Shown: positions 34,102 through 47,355, counted from the first letter of the stretch. The stretch is DNA of 64,000 nt from Zancudomyces culisetae HAW-14-8 (GCA_052426225.1 JBNJNM010000011.1:2108001-2172000); one strand, 5' to 3'. Notes: generated from the sequence alone by a model not told the origin. Numbers and translations: made by a program.

Positions 34102-37100
34102 TTTTTGTACTAAAATACTCTAACAGACAATAATAATTTAATTTATAATTTAAGATGTAACAGCCTGATTACTGTGTAATATTATAACTATCACTATAAA
34201 AAAACAACGCACTAATATACTCAAACAAGTTGCGAATTCTATTAAAACAAAAAGACTTCTTAATTGAGGCAAGGTGGCGGCGTTTTCACCACCTTTATAT
34301 ACATCACTGGACAAAGAGCAAGTATGAAAAAGTCAAAACCAAGGAGCAAAAGTCAAGAGTAGAAACGGCAACAAAAAAAGAAACTTTCTCCACTCAACTA
34401 GCCTGTGATCCGAAATGTGATATTTTGACTTGGAATAGTGCTCATGAAAGCTTGCTATAAAATATGATTCATTATGGAAATGTTGTGGTGCGAGTTTGAA
34501 TATAACTGGAAAATGAAGTTTGTAAGCAAATGTATTAAAATGCTGACTTTTTTTCGACATAGATAAAATAAGTGGCATTACTATGCCATTTCGATTGTTT
34601 CGCTGAATTCCTGAAAAACAGTCATATTGGATCGAGAAGTTGAAACAAAAAATAAATGAAGGAAAAGATAGGATTTGCTACAATTTATTTTTGCAAAATT
34701 TTGTGTAGATGTTGATGAGACATGTAATAGGTCAGTGAGATTATTATTTCTCATCTTGAATATAGTTATAGTCCGTAGCTGGACGATCCTAGGTCTGTCT
34801 GTATCATGTAGGAAAATTTATTACATAATATACCTGTTTCATATTTGTTATGAACGTATCACTTCTGCTCATTGATTTTTTGAACCAATATGTTGTGGTT
34901 ATTCAGCTTTGCTAAGTGCTCCTATGTTTGTAACAGTTTCGAAACAGATGTACATTTCTATGGGTTTTCATTTTTATTAGCTAGGATCTACGCCATATGC
35001 TAAATGACGATTACTAATGGGCGTTTGCTGGCTAGTGTACTAAATATTAAAACTGTGGTAATACACGGCAACATGGGCTTGGGCTCTATAGGAATTCGGC
35101 TCTATGTTTATATTGCCATTTCTGGTTAACAGTGGAGCGGATCGTCTTAGCAAAACTGGAGCAGATAGTTGAAATATCCACCAACCAACCATTGGATAAG
35201 TACCTCTTGTATCACCTTTGACAACAGGCACATGATGTTACACGAACTCAAGATAGCCAGCTTATCCCCTGACTTACAACCTAACATATCTACCAATCAT
35301 TTGGAGTCTGTACGCGTAATTGTAAGTATTAACTTCTATTAGCAGTGGAAAAAGGGTCTATCATTTTTGTTGGTTTACGAGAAAAACGTCTCTTTTTTCA
35401 TACCCAGCATGATTGTTTCATAGTTGAGATTTTTTTTCCAGGATGTTTTTAGTGCCTGGATATATTTCAAAATATATGCAATAAAGCAATGCTAAATAAA
35501 TAATCAGCACGAATGCAAAAAGTTTTGTTTATGTTGATGGATAAATATCTAGTGATTTTACGTTTTGCAATACATCAACTTTTATCTTGGAACACAAGTT
35601 CAAGGGGAGAAGAGAAAGAAGGGGGAGAGAGAAGGAAGGTGATTTTTCCGAAGCTCAACTATATGGTTTCGAACTCCCACTGGTTTAAAGTTTAAGTAGC
35701 CGTTTGTATCTTAAATAAACTCCTCATCTCTTAAACACAAGTATTTTAATCTAATGTATTAGAATGTTGGTTGAATATTGATAATTCCGCGTTCTTTTTC
35801 CTAATCAAGAGTCAGCTGTTTTTTATTTGTGTGTGTATGTCTATTATATGTGTACATTATTTTTAGAAAAGTAGTGGTTTTTAGAACCCAAAAAGTGATT
35901 AAAAAAATGTCTTTTACGAAAATTTTGGTGGTTATTTAAAAATACCACCACATCCTCCCTATCAAAAAGATAACTGGTGTTTCCTAGGATTGTAAATGAA
36001 AGGAAAAAAGCTGTTATTGTACCGATTTTTCCTGTGGCATAGCAAGGTGTGATTTATCGGATAAGCGGGGTTTTAAAGGGCTGGGTTACTGAGGCGCACA
36101 AGTACAGGTTGGTTCTTCAAAGAGTGTTTTGTAAAACCAACCCCACTGAAATAGTTGTAGCGTTATTCAAACAAACATTCCAACTACATACATATATAAA
36201 TTTTAGCAGGTCAGCTCTTGTATACACTTAATTACATTGAAATGCTGTCTGGATAATGTTGAGTTGGTAGCCCAGTCAACAATGATGTAAAACTAATAAC
36301 AAAAGGGAATTACATGTCACTGTTGTTAGGTAAATATGTAAATAGTTGGTGAAAATGCCGGTGTTCTCTGTATTACATTACATTATATCATATTTTATTT
36401 TATTTTTCAGTAGGATATATAGTCTTGAGTTTCTACCAATAACCAAGTACCAACAAGCTAGTTGGTAGCTCAGTTAACGATATGTATGTATTTATACATG
36501 TATTTAAAATTTTGATTCAGAGTTCAACATTGCACATAACCAATATACAAGTCCACAATCTTTTTTTATTATTATCATAGTTTAGTTGATTGATGTAGTG
36601 ATGTTTCAATACTTTCGGATGGTCTAACTAGACATCCTTTCATACTTTCACACTCTATACTTTGATGCAGGAATCTGCTACCAATATACCATTCAAATTA
36701 ACAAAAACAACTATGAATAGCGAGTTAATCGATTCACATTACTCTGTTATTTGTTTATTAATTGCTAATTTATATTGTAATACTAGTTTATTAAAAAGCA
36801 CAAACAATTAAAAAATAGAATAGGTTTAAGTGAAGAAGTGTTGTTTATGTAGTGTTATTTGAGGGAGAAGGGGTCGAATTATTGAGTATGTTGAAAGCTG
36901 ACTCAACATGCGTATAGAAGGGAATCCGTGGGATAATAGTACTAGAAATAACAATCTTCTCACCATCCTTCTTTTTCTTCTTATTTTTTTTTCCTCGCCA
37001 AAATATGAGCATCGACCTTATGTTTCCCTATGGTCATTATTATGATTTTAATTTTTCAATTTTACGGTACCTTTAAAGAAAAGGGGCGGGGTAGAGGGAA

Positions 37101-39657
37101 GAAAGGGAAAGTGCGAATGGATACTCGACATGTTTTCTTAATTATGTGAATGTTGGGAAAAATGTTTGGCTTAATGTAAACCTCACAAATTCTCAATGGT
37201 ATTGATATTTATGATTGATACTTGATACATAATAGATGACAGGCTTTGTCTGTCCAAGCTCTTGTTAGAGTTGTTTGTTGAGAGATACCCAATACAATAC
37301 ACCCATTACTGGAACATAACATACACACATCAAGAATTAATAGGTCTTCAGCATGAAGGTTGTAAAAGTCATGGATGAAAGAGGACGTGAGAAGGGAAGA
37401 AGGGAGGGGAGTAGCATTTTACAATAGTTCAATAGTAGTGACTGTCAAGTCATTGAATTGAGAGCGGCGGGCTAGGTAATCCCAAAACTCTAACTTGTAA
37501 GAAGAAAAAAAGGTATACAATTGAGTGTAGATGGGATCAGAATGAATATATTTGCTAGAGTTTAGTGTAATGATAAGAATGATTGTAGGTGTATGCTTTT
37601 TTTTTTACTAATAAAAGTTCAAGTACTTGCTTAATAAATATTTTTTTTTTACATAGGAAATTGGTCAAAGACATTTCAGATACAAAGACACAATAAACTG
37701 ATGAAAGGTAAAAAAAAATAGTAAAAAAAGAAAACAAAAACAAAAACGTGCTTTATCTGGAAAGATGGAAAAAAAAGTAGTAAGAAACCAGCAAAACATG
37801 ATATATTCTTGTTCATGAAGAGGTTTTCAGGTTGAATTTAAAGTAGTTTGCGAGAAAAAAAAAACAAATTCTAAATTGGCTTATTTTATTATAATATACT
37901 ACCGACTTTTAAGGGTTAAGATTGTACCTGTCCACTACAACGGAATATACAATCTATTTTATAAATTAAAAAAATAATTAAAAAAATAATAAAATGAAAA
38001 AGAAAGGAGATACAAAGTTTTTTTTTGGCTAGTGCGGGTCTGTTGGGTATTAAATTGATATGAAGGGGTTTTATTGCCGTAATTCTAAACCCACATAGTT
38101 ACTCAATTAAATAACCAGCAAATTAGAACAATGGAAAAGCAATTCTTGCTGGTGATATCAATTGGATCTATCCAAAAGCAACGCTTGTTAGTATTGCACA
38201 ATTCTCAGCCAAAAATGAAATTAGCCCGATTTAGATAATCACCAGTTTGTAAATGTAAATGTAAATGTGTATATATGTATAATATACTTTTTTTTTTGTT
38301 GTAGTCAGAGGAGGTAAAGAGCTCAAATATCAACTACCAAATATCAAAAAGCGGATAAAAGACGGGAGAACAAAAATAGGTGAGCTGGAGGTATTAGGTA
38401 AAATTGGGTAGAGTGGCTTACGTGATTTGTGTTCAAAATGAATCTAAATTAATCGTGATTCATTTTATTTTTTAAATAATAAAATAATAAAAGTGTATGC
38501 CTAGTTGCAATTTTTTTTTACGCATTTAATTTATTTTAATTTAGTTTGTATTTATATATATTTTTAGTTCTAGCTTTTAAAAAAAAATCATAATTTCCAA
38601 ATAAAAAAAAGCAGTAATAAAAAATGTGCAAAGTATAGAAAAGAGAAATAAAAAAATGCAAACAGTGGTAAGTGGACACGGGTTATGTAATTCATTGGAG
38701 TTTTAGTTTTATTTAGATTTCTTGTTCTTTCATAGGCTTCTGAATAGCGCACATAGCCAGAATTAAAAATATGAGATATGGAAGAGGGAAGAGGGAAGAG
38801 GTGGAAGAAATGTGGGTGATGAGAAAATTAAGAAGATGAGGAGGGGGGTAGGTTTGTTTTTTTTTATTTGTGGGATTGATGGCTAAAAAAGAACAAAAAA
38901 AAGAGACGTAAAATGAATGAAACAAGAGAAAAAAATCCGTAGTGGCATAAATAAGATTTGGGTGGAATCATCTTGCGCCCATTACATGAAGATGCTTTGA
39001 TGTACGTTAATACAGAACAAAGAGTAATGTAGCTGGTACAAGAATGTATCATTCATTGAGTTGAGTTATTGGGATTTATATTGTGATTCGGGAAAATTGA
39101 GAATGACTCGAAAAATGCGGATAAAAGAATTGTACCATTACGTCAACAATCGGTTGTTTTAGTCTGTATACTACCCATTGTGATGCAATAAAAAAAAATC
39201 ACTCGAGTGGCAGTATATACACAACCATTAATACTGTTAAAGGCAAAGTACCACTAGATTGATATTAAAATAAAAGATACATATTTTAAGCTGGCTAATA
39301 AATTTTAATTTATTTTGATTTTTGATATTTTTGGTACTTTATAACGGTAGATAATTAAGCTTTTATTATAATTTTTTAAATACCAAGAAATGAAAAAAAG
39401 GAAATTTGATTCAACCATTAAATTTTACTTATTAATTTTTTATCATTTTTTAAATGCAAAAATATATATAAAATTAAAGGACACATAAAACAGTAAAAAT
39501 GAAGGAATATTTCATTTTATATTCGTAAAAAACATTTACCAAAGTAATACAAAATTACAAATAATAGATTTCATAGAAAAAAATAAAAAACAAAAACAAA
39601 GTATAGCAATAAATTCGTGTATTGGTTTTTCTAAAAAAGAAAAAGAAAAAGAAAAAG

Positions 39658-39694
39658 ATAAATATAAATATAAATATAAATATAAATATAAATA
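39658..39694. repeat. (ATAAAT)n microsatellite upstream of TUP1
   Basis: About 6 tandem copies about 60 bp before the TUP1 ATG. Confidence 0.85.
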
Positions 39695-39751
39695 TATTTT
39701 AAAAACGAAAAATCGTTAAATTTAAATGACATACCCTAGATAGATGTAAAA

Positions 39752-41759
39752 ATGTCGAATATTTATAATCACAGGCAGATGGTGCCGGCAGCTTCGGTAC
39801 CAGCACCAGGAGCAAACCGAGTAACAGAACTTTTGGAATCGCTAAGAGCAGAATTCGAAAGCGTTTCGCAAGATGCATCCTTGTTTAAATATCACAAAGA
39901 TGAGTACGAACAACGAGGTAAGTAAGTATAAAGAGAGGATTAGAATACAGCTGATGTGAGATAAATGAAAAAAAATAGTAGTGAACAACCAGATCAAGGA
40001 GCTGACAACGATGCAGCAAAGTGTAATGGAATTGGAAAGGATGTATCAATCGATAAAACAACAATATGAGGAGGAAATATATAGATTGAGAAGAGAGCTG
40101 GAGGCGAGGGGAGGACCTCCAGCACCACAAGGACCATTCCTTGCGCCACAGGGAACACCGTCACAGGCGGGGCTGAGTATGCCAGGACTTAACGTAGGGT
40201 CGAGCCGGTCAGGGCAGGGAATTCAGGGACAGAGCGGAGGGAGTATTGGAGGAATGCACGGGGGAATGGGACCAGCAAACAGTACGCAGCATACAGAAAC
40301 AGTATCAACACCAGGAAGCCATGGGGTATCAGGGCCACATGTAGGAGGAGGGGCAGTGCATGGCGGGTATAGCGGAGGGCCACCAGTAGGATATGGAGGG
40401 CAGCTAGGAGGGGTGCGAGGAGGGCGTCGAGGACCAGAAGCTGAGACACCACCAATGACACTGCAGCCTATTGGAGGAGTAGGAAGAGGAAGTCAAATGC
40501 TAGCAAGCATTCCAGGGCCAAATACACAACAAGCCCAGCAGCAACAGGTTCAACAACAGCAACAACAACAGGTGCAACAGCAGCAAATTCAACAAGTACA
40601 GCAAGTGCAGCAACAACAACAGCAGCAAGTACAACAACAGCAACAGCGACCACCTCAGCAACCAGCAGTTCCAATGCGGGGAGCGCGGTCAGGACTGATT
40701 GGCAACAGCCAGCTGTCAGACATGGATCCAGAAAGCGTCCCGCCTCAAATGAAGCGCGAAGGTTCGGATTGGTATGTAATCTACAGCCCCAAAGTCAGCC
40801 GCACACTCAACATCGATCTAGTCCACACACTCGACCACAAGAGCGTTGTGTGCTGCGTCAAGTTCAGCCACGACGGCAAGCTGCTGGCGACAGGCTGCAA
40901 CCGCACCACCCAGATCTGGGACGTCGAGACTGGCAAGAAGCTGTCGGTGTTGGTGGACGAGTCCGTGCCCAACAACGGCGACCTGTACATCCGCGCTGTC
41001 TGCTTCAGTCCCGACGACAAGTATCTGGTTACTGGCGCCGAAGACAACCAGATCCGCGTGTGGGACATCCAGAAGAAAGCCATCAAGCACGTTCTCTCTG
41101 GCCACGAACAGGACATCTACTCTCTCGACTTTTCGCCAAACGGCAAAACCATTCTCTCTGGCTCTGGCGACCGCACCGTCCGTCTCTGGGATCTCGACAA
41201 AGGCAAAAACGTCCACACCTTCTCCATCGACGACATGGGCCCCAAAGACGCCGGTGTCACCTCCGTTGCCTTCTCCCCTGATGGCCGCCTCGTTGCCGCC
41301 GCTTCTCTCGACAAAATGGTTCGTCTTTGGGACGCCCACACCGGCCAGTTCCTTGAGCGCGTCGATGGCCACAAGGACTCTGTCTATGCTGTCGCCTTCT
41401 CTCCTGACGGCGCCTCGCTCCTCTCCGGTTCCCTCGACAAATCTCTCAAGATCTGGGAACTCCACTCTCGCCCTGGCCCCAACGGCAGACCTCTTTCCCG
41501 CTCCACCTGCCTCACCACTCTCTACGGCCACAAGGACTTTGTCCTCAGCGTTGCCTATTCTCCTGATGGCAAGTGGATTGTTTCTGGAAGTAAAGACAGA
41601 CGCGTCCAGTTCTGGGATCCCCGCAACGCCCAGCCCCACTTCATGCTCCAAGGCCACAAAAACTCTGTCATCAGTGTTGCCATGGCCCCTAAGGCTCCTC
41701 TCTTTGCTACTGGCAGTGGTGATTGTCGGGCCAGGATATGGTCTTATGACTCTTTATAA
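39752..41759 (+). CDS. TUP1: General transcriptional corepressor Tup1 (2 exons)
   Basis: Exon 1 39752-39917 (MSNIYNHRQM..RVTELLESLRAEFE, Tup_N domain), intron from 39918 to a TAGTAG acceptor (39978/39981), polyQ, and a WD40 domain with DLYIRAVCFSPD and ATGSGDCRARIW. Confidence 0.97.
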
Positions 41760-42046
41760 TTTATTCTTTTTTCTTTATGTATAATCTTTTTTCCCTTTTA
41801 TTATTCATACTCCTTTTTCCTTCTCTTCTTCTCTCCTTCTCTCCTCTCTCTTTTTCTTTTTTTTTCTTTTCATTTCTCCTTTTTTCTTTTTCTTAATGTC
41901 TTTTATACCAATAAACTTTCTATATTGTTAACTCTCACATTTATTTTGATTATTTCTTTTTCTTTTTCTTTTTTAGTTTTTACTTTTATTTCCTTTGCTT
42001 TCTCAGTTAATCAAAAAATAAAAGTAAAAAGGGTATATACGGATAT

Positions 42047-44897
42047 ATGAACACAAATACACAAGTAAACTCTCAACCATTCCAGCCCCTGTTTGCTTTA
42101 TCCAAACACCTTGTCACTCTCGCGCGTTCCGACTTAAATCACCATAAATTACCTCCCGATTCTAACTCCAACACTCCTTCTCGACGTACTCCAACCGACC
42201 ACAATGCGAGGATCATAGCTGCCATAGCAACCTTGGAAAGTATTTGCACTACAAATCCAACAAACACAGCTTCCTCAGAAACAGCTGTAGATACTCTCGA
42301 GTCGTTTTCTTCTACATATATTACCCCACCACGTATAGAACTAAGGGCACGCTGGCAGCTTTACAAGATATATGCCGAGTTTACCCACGGTTTCCATTCG
42401 TATATAGAGCAAGAACGCCATCTCCAACGTGCTCTACTTTTGTTGCGCTCAGTTTCTAATAGCAGCAACATCAATAGCAACACTAACTACAACAACGACA
42501 ACGACTACGACTACGACAACAACTACAACTATAACAACGGAAGCGATACCATTAATATTAGCAAAAATGATGGCGGTAACCACCCGCTTGCAAGAGCCTG
42601 TTGGAAATACAAACTCACCCTGTCTTTATGTAATTTGTATGCAAAACAACATTTTACCAACAAACTTGATCTGGCAATTACAATGCTTGAAAATATGTTG
42701 AATGAAATTGATTTTGAACTACAGAATCTGCGGCTTGCTCCCGTTCCAAAGCAAACCCACGGCTCCAACATTGAACTCGAGCTCGAACTTGATTTGTATT
42801 ATTATAAGACTATTTTTCTACTCTCGCGTATTTACAGATCTGCATACCGACTCAATCCTACTCTTTCAGTATCTTTTATCAGCATGACTATCCAGTTGTT
42901 ACATAAGGGAATAGCTCATACTAAAAATAGACGTACTAACCAACATAGACACAGTACTATAGCGGCTATCATGTATTTTGAACTGATATCCCTGCTAATG
43001 ACCAATAACGGATCAAACGGTCCTAATGTACCTCGCAACACACCGCTTACCCAATTGATGCAAGAGTTGTCGTTATTGATCTCCGAAATAAACAGCAACA
43101 ACAATAATGATAATGATGATGATAACAATAATGCTAGTAGTGACCAACTAAATCAATCGCAATCTAAAATTACTACTGCTATTAGTATAGCTACCAAAAT
43201 CATCACTTGTAAATACCATATGCTTGATAGCATCATACAAATGCATGCAGCAAATTACCAACATGCAACCACTGCTATCCAAGCTTGCAGGGTCACACTA
43301 AATAGTTTGACTCGACAGCTTGAGAAAAAGTCAAAATCTGGATTTGATAAATCCAAACCACTAACTTTTTCTATCCCACTAACTACTTCCAACAATAAAA
43401 GCAATAAAAGCAATAACGGTGGTAATCATAAATCAATAAAAAATTCAAAAAGAGCATATTCATACTCCATTAGACGTAATTTTTGGTTTTCTACCACGTC
43501 AATTATTGAACTTGAAACCTGGTCATCCATTTTACTTTCAAATTGTATTAGACAATCCACAGTTCGTCCAACTTCGGCTGTGGCCATAGTCAATCACTCT
43601 ATTCAAAACTTGTTACAACTCCAAATATCCAACACTACAAGTACAAATACAAATACAGATAAAAGTAATACAAATACAAATACAAATACAAATACAAATA
43701 CAAATACAAATACAAATACAAATAAAAGTATAAATGCAAACATAAAAGAAATGTACAAATCCTTGTTACTGCTCTCTGTTGATTTACATTTACAACTGAT
43801 GAACATCTCTCAAGCAAAACACCACATTGATGAGCTATTCTCGTTGTTTAACACACACACATCATCATTGGTGTTACCAGCACTAAATATTAACAATATT
43901 CTTATTGATGAACTACATCCTGTAATGCTGAGACTGGGAATGCTACTACAAAGATTAAATAACATACCTGACAGTTTAAGGATTTATAAATCCATCTATT
44001 ACCACACATTACAATCATTATCATCATCATCACCATTCCCACAAGCGTCATTGTTACCATTTACACGTGAAAACCACGTATCACCACTTCAGGATACTAG
44101 ATCTTTGACAAACACTTTCGCGTTAGCAGCACTTCACATTCTGTCCATTTCTATCTCCATTTCCACTTCCAACACCGATACAGACCCCAATAATACACCA
44201 ATCGGAATGAACATTCATACTGCTGATCTTTACCAAAACTTGCAACATCTTTTGATGAATGGTTCTGTAGGTACTGCCAACAAGGATAGTACTATACTGT
44301 CTCCATTGTTTATTTGTGCATTCAATCTACTATCGTCAATTCTCGAGGTTTCTAATACCACACTTCTCGGTAAAAAGTAAGTTTTTTTTTCATTTTTTTT
44401 GTTTTATTTATAATCTTTCACAGGCAGGATAGGGATTATATATTAAACTAACACAAACTAAAGCAAACAAATCTACAAAAATAAGTGATTAATTAAATAA
44501 CTAATTAATTAGGGAGCTTTTTTCAACTTCATTGATGACAGCTTCGCAGGCAAACAATACAATTCTACAAATCCTTTCGTTATGCCAAGCATCCACAACT
44601 TTTATCACTACTGATCTACCTTGGGCCAAAAAAATGGCAACATTAGCATGTTCACTCCTTCCCCAACCTCAACCCCAACCCCAACCCCAACCTCAACCCC
44701 AACCCCAACCCCAACCTCAACCTCAGCATAAAATATCAGATAGTGTTATTATAATATCCGATCCCATTCTGTGGTTCTTGGCTTATTCATGCCTTTATAA
44801 ATGTGTTTTGTTTGAGGCCCAAAATGCAAATAACAGTGATGCAACAATCGTAATTAATTTGTCGCGTTTTGTAGAATATTTGTCTGAAAATATCTAA
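42047..44897 (+). CDS. Probable cohesin-loader subunit MAU2/Scc4-like protein (2 exons)
   Basis: Helical protein; AIATLESI and PPRIELRARWQL..ERHLQRALLL resemble the MAU2 N-terminus; intron 44377-44512 joins the two ORFs in frame. Confidence 0.55.
43667..43723 (+). repeat. Coding (AATACA)9 microsatellite encoding (NT)n
   Basis: Perfect hexamer array within the 42047 ORF. Confidence 0.95.
44661..44726 (+). repeat. Coding (CCYCAA)n repeat encoding (PQ)n
   Basis: About 10-11 PQ units in the terminal exon. Confidence 0.9.
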
Positions 44898-45180
44898 TGA
44901 TCTATAAAGCTCATCATCCTCGATTGTACCAACACGCTGATTGCTTTGTATTCTTTCCAACATTATTATTATTTTATAGTTCATTCAATCCTTTTATTTC
45001 AATTTTGGTTGTATGAGTTGATAATCTAGATTACAAAATATTTATAATACCCACCCCCCCCCCCCCCCTCCCATTCATATTCCCTCTTCTTCTTTTTTTT
45101 CCTCCTCCTTTTGCTCCTTCCCCAAAATTCCCCGATTACAATAAAAAAAACTAAAAGGAACTACAATACTACAGGTAATT

Positions 45181-46233
45181 CTATATCATGGTTCCTCTAA
45201 TCCGCCTAGCCAGTTGCATATCCCTCTGCATGATCGTCACTCGTTTGGCATGAATGGCACACAAGTTGGTATCTTCAAACAAATGCACCAAGAACGCTTC
45301 AGCAGCCTCTTGCAATGCCAGCAGTGCCGAACTCTTCCACCGCAGTCCTGTACCAATCCCTTGCTCGCCAAACCCAAGTCCACGCGGCCCACCAGTAAAT
45401 TCCAGCGCGACCTCACGCACCAACCGCGAAAACGGCAGCTTTTGAATCAACAAATCTGTACTTTTTTGGAAATACCGGATTTCTTTCAGTGCCAGCATTC
45501 CGGGTTTATATCGCCTTCTCTTATGCACCTGAGGCGCATCTCTACCAGGCTGTTGCCGTTGCGTTGGTATTGTTTTTGTTCCACTATATGGCCGTTCTGC
45601 TTCTCTTTGTTTGGTTTTCGGGCTTCGTACTGCTGTTGCTGCTGTTTCTTTTGTTGTTGTTGTTGTTGCTTTTCTTCCTGTTGTTTTTCTTCCTACCACC
45701 GCCTTAGAGGTACTCGCCTCAGCCGTTTTTGTGTTGAATGAGAATGTTCTGGGAACAATGTTATGTGTAGTCTTTTGTCGCTTACTACTGCTACCACCTC
45801 CCTCCCTCCTCCCCGCACCCCTATCGCTTTCTTGCTCCGACGTTTCCTGCTCCTCCCTTTGTTTGCCACGAATGAGCTCTCGCTTTCTCCCTCTCGCACC
45901 ACTACCTCCTCCTCCACTTGTACTCCCGCCGCTTCTTGTCACTACCTGTTGTCGCCTCTGTGGTGTCACCAATTCCATGCTCTGTGTAGTGCTGGTTGTC
46001 TTCTGCGTGCTTTCATCGCCTGTTTCTGTATCTGTATTTGTCGGTGTAGAATCACTTTTTCTTCCTTCTCTCCCCCTCCTTGGCGAACCATCGTCCTCGC
46101 TGCTACTGGTACCTCCACTCCCGCTACTTGAAGGTGGTGGCGGTGCAGCTGCGCTTGCCGTTCCTGGCTTTCTACCAGGTCCTCCTCTTTTGGCCCCCCT
46201 GATCGCTGTGTTTTTTCCTATTATTCTCGCCAT
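45181..46233 (-). CDS. CSE4: Centromeric histone H3 variant (cenH3/CENP-A/Cse4)
   Basis: H3 fold with an extended loop 1 ([22 protein letters not shown]), Trp in place of H3 F84, LVHLFED, C-terminal RRIRG, and a roughly 240 aa divergent N-tail. Confidence 0.92.
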   Translation of the reverse strand: MARIIGKNTAIRGAKRGGPGRKPGTASAAAPPPPSSSGSGGTSSSEDDGSPRRGREGRKSDSTPTNTDTETGDESTQKTTSTTQSMELVTPQRRQQVVTRSGGSTSGGGGSGARGRKRELIRGKQREEQETSEQESDRGAGRREGGGSSSKRQKTTHNIVPRTFSFNTKTAEASTSKAVVGRKTTGRKATTTTTKETAATAVRSPKTKQREAERPYSGTKTIPTQRQQPGRDAPQVHKRRRYKPGMLALKEIRYFQKSTDLLIQKLPFSRLVREVALEFTGGPRGLGFGEQGIGTGLRWKSSALLALQEAAEAFLVHLFEDTNLCAIHAKRVTIMQRDMQLARRIRGTMI

Positions 46234-47355
46234 TGTTGTATCATTGTAAATTTTCTTTTGAATTCTAAATTTGCTCGCGTATTTACTGTCTAAAATTAAG
46301 TATTAGTGTTTGATATTCCCTTCCCATATATTTTAAGAATTGATGCTACATTTAAAATATTAACTGACGAAAAAAGATTATTACGAAAAAAAAAATAGCG
46401 AAATACGGTAATGTCACGAAAAATGCAAAAAACCTGTTTGTTTACACTATATTTCTAAATCCTTTTATTTTGTTTTTGTTGACTTTTATTTGCCCTTTTT
46501 CCTATGCGTTTTCTTTGTTCGATTCCCAATTGAATAATTTAAACGCAACAGAAAGTTGAACTGGAACAAAAAAAAAATCGAAACTCTTACTTTACCACAA
46601 CTATTTGTATTGGTTGCTTTCTTGCTTTTACACTCTAGCTGAAAAAAAACATTTTTTTGGAATTTCGTGTTTGTTATCATCTTTTTTTGATAAACATGCA
46701 GCATAAATTCATAAGTGCAATATAACCTTTTCTATAGTCACTTTGGGGGAGGGTATATACCTCAGTCATATATTTACACGGATAGTTGCACTTAGTTATT
46801 TTATCTTTTGAACCCCATCCCTTGTAGCTGTTGTGGCAGTCGGCCAGTTTAATGGTCATGCTACTTTCAAATATTATAAACCTAATGCCTCGATATACCA
46901 TTTCACCATTTAACCACTTTACCGTTTTTGGCATTTGATCACCTATGCACCTCATTCTTCTAACTTTATGTAAACGTTTGTCTTGTATTCAGTTTTACGG
47001 TTTTAATAACTCAAAGCACCCCCCCCCCCCCCCCCTCCTCCCCCGATGATATTGAGTATTGAAAAACCTGACTTTCCTGTGCATCCTGATATATCAGCCT
47101 CATTTGTATAACTCGCATAGGTGTGTGCATAAGATATACTAAACAAAGTATAGATATTCGAAACTCGGGGTTGAAACATACCGTGCCGGTTCTGTTTCTG
47201 CGTTTCAGGGTTTTACTGATGTTTATTCTAGAGTGTATAGGGCTTTAAGTCTATTTCAATAAACAGGCTTTAACAACAAAAAAAAGTTATGGATTCAGGA
47301 GATAGTATCAGCGCTCAATAAGATAAAAAAATTCTCAGCACATATATCTAACTAT

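Noticed and set aside
40769-41784. Long alternative-frame and antisense ORFs (312, 279 and 170 aa) over the TUP1 WD40 region
   Set aside because: Explained by the C-ending codon bias removing stops in other frames; the translations are low-complexity with no motifs
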